Positions 20,361 through 30,672 of a stretch of DNA of 64,000 bases are shown piece by piece (the stretch's first letter is position 1; each line of letters begins with the position of its first letter). Source of the DNA: a virus. Both the position numbers and the translations under genes were made by a program. Location of the stretch: positions 1 to 64,000 of the IMG/VR virus record IMGVR_UViG_3300025015_000021; one strand, 5' to 3'. The notes under the pieces are model-generated. The model was given only the letters and a program-made list of their open reading frames with translations. It was not told the DNA's origin and did no database searches.

Positions 20361-22471
20361 TACGTTAGCTTTCTTTCTCCTTTATTAAAGGCTATATAAA
20401 GTGGCAACTCCAAGGGTTTTGAGTGATATTCTCTAGTTAATTTGTAAAAGTAAAAAAAATCCTGGCCAATTGGATTTCCCATTTCGTGAATAACACCATT
20501 TTTATTATCTTCATTATATATCCAAAAAAACTGTTTTAACTCAGGATATTCTTCTATAGCCTTAGAGGCAAAGTCCCAGGGATTAGTTGTTACAGGAAAT
20601 CCACCTAACTTCTCATAACATTCCCTATGAAAAATAAAAGTGCCATTAACAATAGTCCCGCTTGAGAATATCTCATGCCCTTTTTCCAAAACTCCTGGAC
20701 GAAACGTTCCTCTTAAAGTAACCTTATAATTAGGATGAAAATGAACTGAGGAAAAATTGAAGACTTTATATTCAGGGTATTTATTTATCATCTCAGCACA
20801 GGCTTCAAGATAGTAAGGAGACAGAGCATCATCTGAATTATGTAGCAAAATAGAACCACAAGCATCTATAAATATATGAGAATCAGAATCAACTTCTAAG
20901 TCATAAACATATTTAGATTTACTCTCTACTTTATCAATCTGACTAATCTTAAAAAGCTTTTGAGGAGTATTTTTTCTCTCAAATAATGCCCAACAGCTTT
21001 TACTTTTTCTATATACAATAGTATGATCTATTCCCAATCTTTTCCAAAGAAAGCTTAAACCACTAATTAACCTAAGTGACTTAGTTGTATAATTTCTTTT
21101 ATTGCCTTTTGATAAATAACCATCTCCTAAAAATAAATACTTTAAAAATTCATCTATATATTTTTTTTCTAATGTATAAATAAATGAAGGTATTTTCTTA
21201 TTTACAGAATCTACTCCACATAATTCAGGAAAAATTCTAGTCGCTAAGTTAGCATGACATCTTAATCTATAAACTATTGTGTAATTCAATTTTCTATCTT
21301 TACTTATGGTCATCTTAAAATTACTAATTCTTTCCATATCTTTTTTAATCTGTTTTATAAATTTAATATCAGTATTGGCTATATCCCAATTCTTACTCAC
21401 TTCTCTTTTGCTTGTAGATCCTTCTGCTATATAAGCTCCTAAAATTCTTACAAAAGACATTAAATCTTCATCTTTATATACTGATTTCAAACAATAATTC
21501 TCTAAGCTTTTTTTCCTGTATTTACTATTTTGTTTACAATGAAGATTGCTATTTTGATCTAGGAAAATATTTTTATCTATCTTTATATATTTTTTTAGAC
21601 CAACTTTATTATTATTTTGTGGAAAGTCTATTTGATCAAGAGAAACTAATTCATTTACATTAAATTCATTAACTTTAGCTTCTTTATATTTGCCATTACT
21701 AATCTTTATCAAAGAATGATCTTTTGTTACTACTGTTTGTCCATTTCTTTGAGTAATCATAAATAATTGTTTATCTGTCTTATGTCTAATAAGTCGTTTA
21801 ACTGAAACCCATTTCCCTTTAATAAAATATAGCTCTTTAAATTTTTTAAGTCCCCTTGCTCTAATATGAAAAGTATCATTAGCATCTTTTCCTAAAATTT
21901 CAGCAATATTTTTAACTTTATCTCCTTTAAAATGTTTTTCTAAAACTTTTAATTGAATTTTACTAAAATATTTACCAAAAAACTTTCTGTAATTGTTTTT
22001 TTTAATAAGAATAGGCTCATTAGCAGATAGAGTCTGAATATTATCATCTTTTTTAAATTCTATAAATTCTTTCCCTCTTTTATAAATTATTCTATTTTTA
22101 TGATTCTCGAATAATTCTTCTATTGGAATAACATCAATTTCATTGCCAATTTTAATAGGAATTAATCTATCCCCAGAAATAGAATCTAAAAAAACAAACC
22201 AATCTTTAGTAGAATTTTCAAAAGCCAGATTTAAAGCAATCATTCTCTCCAAATGTGGTTGTTCAAATTTCTTTATCCAGGGATAGTCTGGTACTTCCCA
22301 AGCAACTGGAGAACCGTCATCAACAATAATATGCTCCCATAATCCTTCCTGTTCGCCTGCCACCCGATAGGTCTGATTTTTAACACTATCAATAGCACGA
22401 TAAAGCTGGGATAACCTCTCTTGGCTATGCACATTTACAGGCGTGATTATGCTAAATTTAGGAAATCCCAT
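20360..22471 (-). CDS. glycosyltransferase family 2 containing an intein
   Basis: FSIITPV..HIIVDDGS..FVFLD|intein|SDD; splicing restores a ~254 aa GT2 with FLDSDD. Confidence 0.9.
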   Translation of the reverse strand: MGFPKFSIITPVNVHSQERLSQLYRAIDSVKNQTYRVAGEQEGLWEHIIVDDGSPVAWEVPDYPWIKKFEQPHLERMIALNLAFENSTKDWFVFLDSISGDRLIPIKIGNEIDVIPIEELFENHKNRIIYKRGKEFIEFKKDDNIQTLSANEPILIKKNNYRKFFGKYFSKIQLKVLEKHFKGDKVKNIAEILGKDANDTFHIRARGLKKFKELYFIKGKWVSVKRLIRHKTDKQLFMITQRNGQTVVTKDHSLIKISNGKYKEAKVNEFNVNELVSLDQIDFPQNNNKVGLKKYIKIDKNIFLDQNSNLHCKQNSKYRKKSLENYCLKSVYKDEDLMSFVRILGAYIAEGSTSKREVSKNWDIANTDIKFIKQIKKDMERISNFKMTISKDRKLNYTIVYRLRCHANLATRIFPELCGVDSVNKKIPSFIYTLEKKYIDEFLKYLFLGDGYLSKGNKRNYTTKSLRLISGLSFLWKRLGIDHTIVYRKSKSCWALFERKNTPQKLFKISQIDKVESKSKYVYDLEVDSDSHIFIDACGSILLHNSDDALSPYYLEACAEMINKYPEYKVFNFSSVHFHPNYKVTLRGTFRPGVLEKGHEIFSSGTIVNGTFIFHRECYEKLGGFPVTTNPWDFASKAIEEYPELKQFFWIYNEDNKNGVIHEMGNPIGQDFFYFYKLTREYHSKPLELPLYIAFNKGERKLT
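20837..22183 (-). mobile_element. intein (449 aa) with LAGLIDADG homing endonuclease
   Basis: Ser1 SISGD, block B VTKDHS, LGAYIAEGS and LFLGDG, block F VYDLEV, terminal HN followed by Ser+1. Confidence 0.93.
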
Positions 22472-23114
22472 ATTTTTTCTTAGCAAATTCTACTTTATCT
22501 TTAATCTTTGCATATTCTTCTTTTGTTAATTTATTTTCATCAAATAGTCTATGATGTGTAGGACATAAACCTAATAAGTTATCTTTTTGATTATACCAGG
22601 CTTGACGAATTTTACCATTTTTCCCATTCCTAGCAACAATATGTGCTATGTCTAATGTCCTAAATTCTTCACATATTAAACATTTATCTCCTATTATTTT
22701 TAGTTTCCATCCATTATAATTTTTAGCCATTTGTACTTTCGTCCATTCTGGATGGTCTTTTCTATATTGATATACTCTTTTAGTATCGCACTTACGACAA
22801 CGATAAATACGATAATATCTACCACTTTTAACATTATAAAATTCCCTAAAATCTTCTAATTTTTTTAATAATTTACACTCCTTACAAATCCTTTTATTTT
22901 TTTCCTTAGTCAAAATAATTCCATGATGCTTATATAATTTATTAGAATTTTTCATTCCATGGACAATCTTTTCCCTTTGATATTTACTTATTATTCTTCC
23001 TTTTAAAGATTGAGTTTGACATTTATGACTACAATATTTACCAGTATATCTAGTCTGGCAATCAAATTCTTTCTTACAAATCGTACAAATAGATTTAAAA
23101 GTTCTTCTTCCCAT
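22458..23114 (-). CDS. HNH endonuclease with zinc fingers
   Basis: CLIC..LDIAHI..NLLGLCPTHHRLFD. Confidence 0.85.
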   Translation of the reverse strand: MGRRTFKSICTICKKEFDCQTRYTGKYCSHKCQTQSLKGRIISKYQREKIVHGMKNSNKLYKHHGIILTKEKNKRICKECKLLKKLEDFREFYNVKSGRYYRIYRCRKCDTKRVYQYRKDHPEWTKVQMAKNYNGWKLKIIGDKCLICEEFRTLDIAHIVARNGKNGKIRQAWYNQKDNLLGLCPTHHRLFDENKLTKEEYAKIKDKVEFAKKKYGIS

Positions 23115-23120
23115 ATAAAT

Positions 23121-23264
23121 TTATTTTGCTTTTTTCTTTTTTCTTGCCCTAACTCCTAATTTAGATATTTTCTTAAAATGGCTTTTTCCGAATCTAGCTT
23201 TTGTAGCTTCTCCTCCACGTCTTCCCAATTCTTTAGCAATATTAGAAATCCTATTATCTTTCAT
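23121..23264 (-). CDS. small KGG-motif-like basic protein
   Basis: Manual translation MKDNRISNIAKELGRRGGEATKARFGKSHFKKISKLGVRARKKKKAK (47 aa). Confidence 0.65.
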   Translation of the reverse strand: MKDNRISNIAKELGRRGGEATKARFGKSHFKKISKLGVRARKKKKAK

Positions 23265-23270
23265 AGAATA

Positions 23271-23299
23271 ATTATATCAAGCGGTTAGTTAAAAGTCAA
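23271..23299 (-). promoter_or_regulatory. sigma70-type promoter (leaderless spacing)
   Basis: TTGACT-17 nt-TATAAT with TGn; ATG 6 nt after the -10. Confidence 0.75.
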
Positions 23300-23325
23300 G
23301 AAGCAAAATAATAAAAATGACACTT

Positions 23326-24162
23326 CTATTTATTATTATTAATTAATTGCCCAACGTCTATTAATTCTTTATTGATTCTATCAGCTTCTTTTAGAAGTGG
23401 TAAATCAAAAGCATTTATAAAAGCACTTACGTCTTTAGGTAAACATCTCCCATCAAATCCTCTCCCACCGCCATGATATACATTCCACCCATTCTTTGAA
23501 CCCCACTTATGCTTTGTCAAAACTTCAGCAACCTTCTCATAATTTGCACCTACCTGCTTTGCTACATCCCATATTTGATTCGCCATTATAACCTTCAATG
23601 CAAACCAAGAATTTAAAGAATATTTAATTGTTTCTGCGGTTACAGAATTACAAAGAATAATATGTTTTGGTTGAATCTTACTTTGCATAAATAGTTCTTT
23701 AACTTGTTCTCTAACCAAAACATCATCTGCCCCAATTACCAAAAACTCAGGATTTAGCTCATCTTCAATCGCAGTTGCCTCAGTCAAAAATTCTGGCACA
23801 TGAGCAATCCTAAAACCATATTTTAGAGAAAGATTTTTTGTAGTTCCTGGAAGTATTGTAGAACGGATAATAATAAGAGAATCACGCTTGGGTAAATCTG
23901 GCACATTTATGCTAAGAACAGTCAACCATTGTTCTATTGCCGAAAGGTCTTGAACACCATTTACTGTAGGGGTTGGTAAACAAAAGATAAAAATATTATA
24001 ACTTCCAGTTTGAATTTTTTCTACTAAAGCATCTTTATTTTGGGAATTGTAGCAATCAGATTCGGGGATAGACAATACAAAAGCAGTACTTTTTCCTACC
24101 ATCCCCGCACCTAAAATTACAATTCTTTCCTTGTCCTGAGCTTGTCGAAGGATTTCATTCAT
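23326..24162 (-). CDS. UDP-glucose/GDP-mannose dehydrogenase family protein (lacks the C-terminal domain)
   Basis: GAGMVG, CLPTP, RSTILPGTT, PEFLTE, AETIKY..N, GFDGRCLPKD. Confidence 0.9.
   Translation of the reverse strand: MNEILRQAQDKERIVILGAGMVGKSTAFVLSIPESDCYNSQNKDALVEKIQTGSYNIFIFCLPTPTVNGVQDLSAIEQWLTVLSINVPDLPKRDSLIIIRSTILPGTTKNLSLKYGFRIAHVPEFLTEATAIEDELNPEFLVIGADDVLVREQVKELFMQSKIQPKHIILCNSVTAETIKYSLNSWFALKVIMANQIWDVAKQVGANYEKVAEVLTKHKWGSKNGWNVYHGGGRGFDGRCLPKDVSAFINAFDLPLLKEADRINKELIDVGQLINNNK
24130..24152. repeat. family A mini-element (inside CDS, LRQAQDK)
   Basis: CTTGTCCTGAGCTTGTCGAAGGA, identical to the copy at 3258. Confidence 0.9.
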
Positions 24163-25467
24163 TTATTTATTCTCACTGAAAAGTAAAGGTTCTAAGAATT
24201 GTCTAAATACGCTGAGAGGGTTTCTTTCTTTCCTAAGCCTCTTCTGCTGTGCCAAAACCATATTATTCTCAAGCTCATATTTAATTCTCATGGCAACATC
24301 ATGATAATAGCCTTTTTCATCCCCATAGGTTGTGGTAATTTCTCCATCCAGCCCGTCAAAGCCGATATTTGAGGAGAACTGCTTATAAACAGCATTCGGA
24401 CCATAAATATCCCTAAAAGGAGCAAAATCATGATTCAAAACCAAAAGATTGCCAAGAAGTGCAGCTTCTTGAGCAATCAAGGAATATGTTTCTGACTTAG
24501 AAGGTAATATAAATACATTAGATAATTCAAAAAGATCGTGGATAACTTTATGTGGTACGCTTGTTTTCCACGATTCATGGAATTCCGAAGTAAAAGTTAA
24601 ATCGAAATCATTAAGTCCCCAATCTAAGGCAATCTTTTTCAAATCCTCTCTATAAGTTACCTTATCCCCACCAGTTGAATGAAAATCAGGAATAATTACC
24701 CGAACTACATAATCAAGTTTTTTAAGCTGAGCCATAATCTTAATTACAACCTCAACCTGCTTACCCCTATCAAGTCTTATAGGATATACGGCAATTGCAT
24801 CAGCTGAAAGCATATTCTTTTCCATAACCAACTTAATTACTAATGGATCCCATCCACAAAACCCAGGAAGATTTGTCGAATGAGGAACAACTTTAACTTC
24901 ATTTTCCTCATAACCAAAATCCCGAGCAACTCGGGGAATAGAATAAGCATTTGGAAAAATTACAAATGAGTTGGGAAACTTCTGGGAAATAATATCATAA
25001 TAAACATCGGACTGTTGAAGCTCTTTACCTAAAGTTCCAGGACCAGTGGCACTATGAACCCAATGGAGCCAACGGATTTTTGAGACATGGTCATCTTCTT
25101 TAATAGCCTGACGGCAGGCAAAATTAAGCTTAAGACTTTCTGGCTGATAAATTAAATCATGGGTTAAAACCACATCTACATCTTTTAAATCTTCAATAAG
25201 AGCTACTTTTAATTTTTCTACATCCTCTTTGAAGGTTGCATCAACTGCTTCATTAATATAGTTTGAGGCAGGAAAAGGAGGAATAAAACGGAGGTCTACT
25301 TCTGGCAAAGCAAACATTTCTACAGGACGGAATCCTTGTTTTACAATTACTACTGGGTTATAACCACTTCCAACCAACATTCTTATCTGCTCGTCTACTA
25401 TTCGGCACAAACTATAGGTCGGGTCAAAATCCACAAACGAGCTCAAAATTGCAACCTTCTTAGACAT
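24163..25467 (-). CDS. GT-B glycosyltransferase (GT4-like)
   Basis: PIRLDRGK, FILPSKSETYSLIAQEA. Confidence 0.85.
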   Translation of the reverse strand: MSKKVAILSSFVDFDPTYSLCRIVDEQIRMLVGSGYNPVVIVKQGFRPVEMFALPEVDLRFIPPFPASNYINEAVDATFKEDVEKLKVALIEDLKDVDVVLTHDLIYQPESLKLNFACRQAIKEDDHVSKIRWLHWVHSATGPGTLGKELQQSDVYYDIISQKFPNSFVIFPNAYSIPRVARDFGYEENEVKVVPHSTNLPGFCGWDPLVIKLVMEKNMLSADAIAVYPIRLDRGKQVEVVIKIMAQLKKLDYVVRVIIPDFHSTGGDKVTYREDLKKIALDWGLNDFDLTFTSEFHESWKTSVPHKVIHDLFELSNVFILPSKSETYSLIAQEAALLGNLLVLNHDFAPFRDIYGPNAVYKQFSSNIGFDGLDGEITTTYGDEKGYYHDVAMRIKYELENNMVLAQQKRLRKERNPLSVFRQFLEPLLFSENK

Positions 25468-25484
25468 ATATTAGTATTGTAGAT

Positions 25485-25513
25485 AATATAACATAGATTC
25501 AATTATAAATCAA
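25485..25513 (-). promoter_or_regulatory. sigma70-type promoter at the start of the downstream glycosylation block
   Basis: TTGATT-17 nt-TATATT with TGn. Confidence 0.55.
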
Positions 25514-25523
25514 CCCCTAAAAA

Positions 25524-25898
25524 TCAAGATCGGATAAATCCCACAGTTGTCGTTCCCGATAAAGTTAAAATCAAAGTCTCTGCATTTAACCAAAATCTTT
25601 GGCTCTCATTAGGATCAAGCCGGTATCCGCCCTTTTTATCAGTTGTCAGATAACAAGATACTTCCCCTTGATTCTTCAAAGTAATATGAAGACCCGAATT
25701 TTCCTCCGAAAAAAGCTGCATAGGTATAGGACTTACATCAATCTGGGAAATATTCAAATCAATAGCACTTTCCCTGATGTACTCCACTAAATACTTCTTG
25801 AAATCCGAGAGAAAATTAAAATAAATCTTTTTTAAGTCCCCCCGATTCTTAATTTCAACTGCCGAAACTTCATCAAAATCATCATATAAATCACTCAT
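25524..25898 (-). CDS. hypothetical (possible virion) protein
   Basis: Follows the head morphogenesis gene; beta-rich C-terminus. Confidence 0.55.
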   Translation of the reverse strand: MSDLYDDFDEVSAVEIKNRGDLKKIYFNFLSDFKKYLVEYIRESAIDLNISQIDVSPIPMQLFSEENSGLHITLKNQGEVSCYLTTDKKGGYRLDPNESQRFWLNAETLILTLSGTTTVGFIRS

Positions 25899-26715
25899 AA
25901 TTAATAACTGGCTTGTCCTGAGCTTGCCGAATGGATCGAATGGGCATTAAAAAACAAGAACAATAATGTCCAGTCGGAGGAAATTTATGACCAGATGGAA
26001 AATCACTGCCCAAATTTACCTCTCCAGCTTTTTCATTTTCAAGACAGTCTTTTTCATTTTCCTCTCCCATGGCAACCTTCCATTTCATCTTTTTAATGCG
26101 ATTGAATTTATAAGTTTCATACTCAGCAATAGTTAAAACTGCCATAATTTCATGTGCAGTTACCAACTTTACCTTTTTCTGTGCTGTATCACTAAGATTA
26201 TTCGATAAATACTGCATTGTCTCAATATGTGTCATTCCTACAGACTGGGCTTTAAAAATTACCCCAAACAGCCAGTTTAAGACAGCTTTATCCATATTTT
26301 CCACAAAAATATCCATTCTCTCTAAAAGAATTTTATTGCTTTTTGGTTTTTGCAAATCAAGTTCTGTTTTTTCCAAAGCTACCTCTATTCCTTTTTTCCA
26401 AATCCAATCCAAAAAATCAGATATTTCTTTTTCTTGCTGTAGGGAAGTTTCTAAGAAAGGGGACAAATTTTTCTTTATTTCATCTTTATTATTAATAATA
26501 TTTTTAATCTTAATAAAATTCCTAAGCTGTCTTTTTATTACTTCAATTATCTTATTTTGAAAAACAATACTTTCTTCCTCTTTTAAAATAGAATAAAAAG
26601 AGATATTCACTCCCGACTGATAAAAAAACTTCCCCAAGGAATGTTTAATTCCCTGGAGTTGCGGCAGTGACAACGCTTGAAGATTTAAAACTGATGATTC
26701 TGTCAATTTCATCAT
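25891..26715 (-). CDS. phage head morphogenesis protein (SPP1 gp7/Mu gpF-like)
   Basis: After portal; degenerate C-terminal KW..C..N..FPSGHKFPP.H.CSC motif. Confidence 0.7.
   Translation of the reverse strand: MMKLTESSVLNLQALSLPQLQGIKHSLGKFFYQSGVNISFYSILKEEESIVFQNKIIEVIKRQLRNFIKIKNIINNKDEIKKNLSPFLETSLQQEKEISDFLDWIWKKGIEVALEKTELDLQKPKSNKILLERMDIFVENMDKAVLNWLFGVIFKAQSVGMTHIETMQYLSNNLSDTAQKKVKLVTAHEIMAVLTIAEYETYKFNRIKKMKWKVAMGEENEKDCLENEKAGEVNLGSDFPSGHKFPPTGHYCSCFLMPIRSIRQAQDKPVINYE
25912..25935. repeat. family A mini-element (inside CDS, SIRQAQDK)
   Basis: CTTG-TCC-TGAGCTTGCCGAAT-GGA. Confidence 0.85.
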
Positions 26716-28432
26716 GCAATTTTAATAAAGCAGGCAGTAATTGCTGATGTCCATTTAAAAAGGGTGCGAAAACCTTAACAATGTCTTCTTTGGTTTGAGC
26801 CTTGCTTAAACCTTTCTTAATCAAATTTTTAGTCTTGTCGTCTAAGATATCACTGTAGAATTCCCTAAAATCCTGGTCTTTTTTAAGGTCATTTAAGGCT
26901 GCTTTCTTCCATTTTCTAATTTCCTGATATACATTATCATCTTTATCTTCCGATACAGATTTAGTCGAGTCAAACTCGACTTTGGGCAAAGAAGGTACGG
27001 GAACATTTGCTTCGGGTTTTGGAGCAGGAGAAGTAACCGGCTTATAAGGAATAATCGGATCCTGTCCTTCCTCAGACTGACGAAGAAGGTCTTTAACAAA
27101 GATAGGACCTACGGGAGTCATAATGAAAGGGTCTTTTACTCCTGTCGGTTTTAATCCCTCACCTAATCTCCACTCATCTATAGACATAAGTCCCGTATTA
27201 ACCAGAGAAGTAACAACTTTTGCCTCCTCAGCCTTATTAGTCGGGTCAATATTTGTCCAAGAAAACTCCAAATCGCCATATCCCAGATCATCCTGAATAA
27301 TTCTGTCCATCATTTCCTTTAGGAAAAGTGCTGTGGGAAAAAGTCCTCTTTCTCTTCCTGCCTCAAAAGCTGTCTCAGCTACAGATCTATTTACGTCAAA
27401 ATTAAACCCGATTGCAGATGGATGAAGACCAAAAACGCTTGCCGTGCACTGAAGTAACCATTTCTCAAATCTCTCAAATGTCATATCTTCTGCTTTAACA
27501 GATGGCTCATATTTCATTCCTTCAGGAAGAAATTTAAGTTTCTGCTGAAATCTGGGATCACCTGCAAGCATCGCATCCCAGGCATCCTGCCATTCTTTAA
27601 GCTGGTCTCGGGAAGAAGCAATATCTCTGGGAAGCGTAATAAATCCTGTAGGGATATTCCCCTCTGTGAGGAAGGAAAGCCCATAAGCCTGTACTTTCAA
27701 TGCAGTCGTAACAGTTATAATCAAACTTTCAAGGGGTGCCATGCCGTAAGCCGAGTGGGTCTTTGGGGTCATCATTGCATAGATTAAATCATCAGTTGTA
27801 AGTTTTGCCCTTTCCTGTCCGTGGATTTTCTGCACATATGCAGGGTCAGGAGGTTCGGGAGTCGTTCCATCTGCCTCCAGCATCAAATCAATAGTTGCAC
27901 CGTCTATAGGCAAATAGCCAATAACATCCCCCTTGCGGTTTCTTCTTCTGTAAACCGCTACTGCATCAATTACCAGAAGATCCTCAAGTATCTGTTTAGT
28001 CCAATTTGTCATCGAAGAGTCTTTTTTGCCTGTGGGATATTTTAAGAACTGCTTAATAACTTTTGCATCATCAATGTTTTTTTTGTTCTGGATTGTCTCA
28101 TTGTTAAGTTCAACCGGGGTAATGTTATATTCTAAATGTGTTATCTGAGATTTTCTAAACTCGATGCATGACCTTGCTATAGGATAAAAGTCCGCAAAAT
28201 CCCGAAGAGTCTGAAATGACACTCCTAGAGGATAAGGTTTTTCTATTGCACCATCCGGCCAAGATAAAGATCTTGGAGAATATCTGAGAACATCACCAGC
28301 ATTGACTGTATCCTTAGCCTTACTGACTTGTTCCTTAACTTTCTCCTCAATAACTTTCTGGATTTCTGAACCGGCAAATCTTTGTACTATTCTTGATAAC
28401 CCCGATTGAATCGGGGTAAATAAATTAGCCAT
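26645..28432 (-). CDS. phage portal protein
   Basis: Directly after TerL; LPIDGATI, YGMAPLE, GNIPTGFI, FGLHPSAIG, MSIDEWR portal motifs. Confidence 0.9.
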   Translation of the reverse strand: MANLFTPIQSGLSRIVQRFAGSEIQKVIEEKVKEQVSKAKDTVNAGDVLRYSPRSLSWPDGAIEKPYPLGVSFQTLRDFADFYPIARSCIEFRKSQITHLEYNITPVELNNETIQNKKNIDDAKVIKQFLKYPTGKKDSSMTNWTKQILEDLLVIDAVAVYRRRNRKGDVIGYLPIDGATIDLMLEADGTTPEPPDPAYVQKIHGQERAKLTTDDLIYAMMTPKTHSAYGMAPLESLIITVTTALKVQAYGLSFLTEGNIPTGFITLPRDIASSRDQLKEWQDAWDAMLAGDPRFQQKLKFLPEGMKYEPSVKAEDMTFERFEKWLLQCTASVFGLHPSAIGFNFDVNRSVAETAFEAGRERGLFPTALFLKEMMDRIIQDDLGYGDLEFSWTNIDPTNKAEEAKVVTSLVNTGLMSIDEWRLGEGLKPTGVKDPFIMTPVGPIFVKDLLRQSEEGQDPIIPYKPVTSPAPKPEANVPVPSLPKVEFDSTKSVSEDKDDNVYQEIRKWKKAALNDLKKDQDFREFYSDILDDKTKNLIKKGLSKAQTKEDIVKVFAPFLNGHQQLLPALLKLHDEIDRIISFKSSSVVTAATPGN

Positions 28433-28433
28433 A

Positions 28434-30179
28434 TTAATTCATCCTTATTCCTTTCATTCGCACCAAATTGGCCCACGAAGCTATAGAAGTTGGGGCAAAT
28501 TCTTTGGGTTCTTTGTAAGATTCGATAAGGGCTTGTCCGACTATACCTTTTAATGAAGCGATTCTCAAATAGTTACAGGCATGAAGGAAATGATCTGGAC
28601 CTTTTTCCATCCACCTAGTCTGGGGCTGCCCCGTTCGGGGATTGGTTTCAGTAACCCTAACCGATGATGTCATCTGTTCGTAAAATCCAATAAGATGTTT
28701 GCCATTTGAAGGCAATTCTACTCTTTCATTTTGGATATCACTTATAAGATAGTCTATAGAAATGGTTTTGTCAATATACACTTCAGCCTTAAACTCATCA
28801 AAAATATAGTAATTTTGTATGTCAAACTTTCTGTTCGGGTAGTAAGCAGCAAAAATTCTATTGGGAAATTTCTCGATTAATTCCCGAACTTTTCTGTTCT
28901 CAGGTGCCGCATCAACCACCATCATCTGGACATTGTATTTAATTATCAAAGCCTCCAGCGAATCTGCGGGTCCAAAGAAATCACTTACAGTCCCTATCCA
29001 TACATACCTCAGTTTATCATTATTTTTCTTGGCAATAACCACATTAAGTTTAGTTCCAACATCAACCCCCGCAAAACAGTCAGTAACTGCAAATGGAGTA
29101 ATATAATTCTGGCTACAGTTATTAAGATCGGTTAAACCAAGAGACTGTCCTGTCGCCTCATAAGGCTGTCCCAATACCTGATTATAAAACTGCTGCATTG
29201 CGGAAAACCCGGAGTTCCTCGCTTTCTCAAACATATCAACCAACTCCGAAACGCTGCGGTAAGGATTATGAAGACCTGATATCTTATAACCATGGACTTT
29301 GCTTGATGGGTTTTGCACTACCCATTGTCCCTGTTTTAATCTGTCAATCGGTTTCTTACAGCTTTTACAAATTGTCTGTTTTTTTACAAAATCAACATTG
29401 AAGAAAAAATCCAATTCCTGTTCCAACCCACAACCGGAACAGGTCAGCATCCAGACTCTTTGGTCAGATTCTAAATATGAAGCATTAACTCCCTTTCCTG
29501 GAAAAGTGGGGGTCGAGGCCTCTCTCCTCCATTTAAGAGAAGAATGAAGAAGTCTTTTATCTATATATGGAACATGGTCTTGGTTAAATCTATCTCTCTC
29601 ATCAAGACACACCATGTCTGCGTCCACAGAAATTATCTGCTGCTGATTTTGTGAACCTCTAAGGTATAAAAATCCACTTCCTATTTGTTTTAATCCTACT
29701 TTCTGAATTTTCTTTTTATTGTCTACCTGTTTTTCTTTCCTCTCCTCAACTGTCAAAACTCCTGTTATTCGGGAAAGATAATCCGACTGGTTAAAGACTG
29801 GTTCGAGCCTTGCCTGAACAAAATCATTAAGCTGGTTTGCCGAAGGAAAAACAAACAGAACATTTTTCTTAAGCCTGTCACAAACCCAAACAGATTCGGA
29901 AATCAGCCTTTCAGAAATGCCGATTTGAGCAGATTTTTGAAAAATTAGGTTCGGGTATTGGTCTTTGTAGATATCAACCAAATAGCGGTGTCTTTCAAAA
30001 TCAAGGGATTCCCCTCGGGAGTTTATCCAGACGAGTTTAACCCATGTAAAATAATCATCAAGCTCCTCATCACCCAGATGCTGTTTTGCTTGTTGAAGAA
30101 GCTGTTGTTCCAGATCTCCTAGCTCGTTCTCGTTTAAGCTCGGCAATGAATCTAAGAATTCCTGCGAAGTCTTGTCCAC
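28434..30179 (-). CDS. terminase large subunit (lambda GpA-like)
   Basis: KSAQIGISE Walker A, LDERD Walker B, ASTPT, CxxC/CxxC, AGVDVG nuclease motif, DHFLHA. Confidence 0.93.
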   Translation of the reverse strand: MDKTSQEFLDSLPSLNENELGDLEQQLLQQAKQHLGDEELDDYFTWVKLVWINSRGESLDFERHRYLVDIYKDQYPNLIFQKSAQIGISERLISESVWVCDRLKKNVLFVFPSANQLNDFVQARLEPVFNQSDYLSRITGVLTVEERKEKQVDNKKKIQKVGLKQIGSGFLYLRGSQNQQQIISVDADMVCLDERDRFNQDHVPYIDKRLLHSSLKWRREASTPTFPGKGVNASYLESDQRVWMLTCSGCGLEQELDFFFNVDFVKKQTICKSCKKPIDRLKQGQWVVQNPSSKVHGYKISGLHNPYRSVSELVDMFEKARNSGFSAMQQFYNQVLGQPYEATGQSLGLTDLNNCSQNYITPFAVTDCFAGVDVGTKLNVVIAKKNNDKLRYVWIGTVSDFFGPADSLEALIIKYNVQMMVVDAAPENRKVRELIEKFPNRIFAAYYPNRKFDIQNYYIFDEFKAEVYIDKTISIDYLISDIQNERVELPSNGKHLIGFYEQMTSSVRVTETNPRTGQPQTRWMEKGPDHFLHACNYLRIASLKGIVGQALIESYKEPKEFAPTSIASWANLVRMKGIRMN

Positions 30180-30672
30180 TTATTATTTTGTCAAACTTAG
30201 TTTTAGGTAAATTAACATTAACCTGGGTTAAGTTTGGCTGACCTCCTTTCTCAGAAATCCCCAGGGCAGCTCTTTCTTCCTGCATTCCGGTAATAATCAT
30301 CTTTCTTGCATCTTCAGAATTTTTAGGTTCTAAGACTTCCAATGCATTAAAACCTTTCTGCTGCAAAATCCTTGCGTCTTCTGCCTGGCGTTTTCTTATT
30401 CTGTGTATTTCATCGGGCTTCATTTCCTCAATCTCCCCGAAATCCTCCTGAATCACTCTATCTACCGCTTGCTTTTTCGCCTTCTGCCAGCCTTTCATTT
30501 TAAAACGTGCATAGTCATTATTAAGAACTCCTTTATCTTCTCTAAAATCCGAAGCCTTCTCCCAAGGACCCTGCATAAACTCTATCTTTAAAGCACGCCA
30601 GTCATTGTGTTTTGTTGTTTTTTTCTGTCCTGTTTTAAGCGGTAATACTATTTCAGGCTGTTGGTTTTCCAT
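30070..30672 (-). CDS. putative terminase small subunit
   Basis: Directly upstream of TerL; DWRALKIEFMQG HTH-like start followed by helical region. Confidence 0.65.
   Translation of the reverse strand: MENQQPEIVLPLKTGQKKTTKHNDWRALKIEFMQGPWEKASDFREDKGVLNNDYARFKMKGWQKAKKQAVDRVIQEDFGEIEEMKPDEIHRIRKRQAEDARILQQKGFNALEVLEPKNSEDARKMIITGMQEERAALGISEKGGQPNLTQVNVNLPKTKFDKIISGQDFAGILRFIAELKRERARRSGTTASSTSKTASG

Noticed and set aside
877-25467. Ordinary host O-antigen/capsule locus
   Set aside because: No flippase, polymerase, ABC exporter or priming transferase; interleaved with HNH genes, small phage ORFs and packaging genes.
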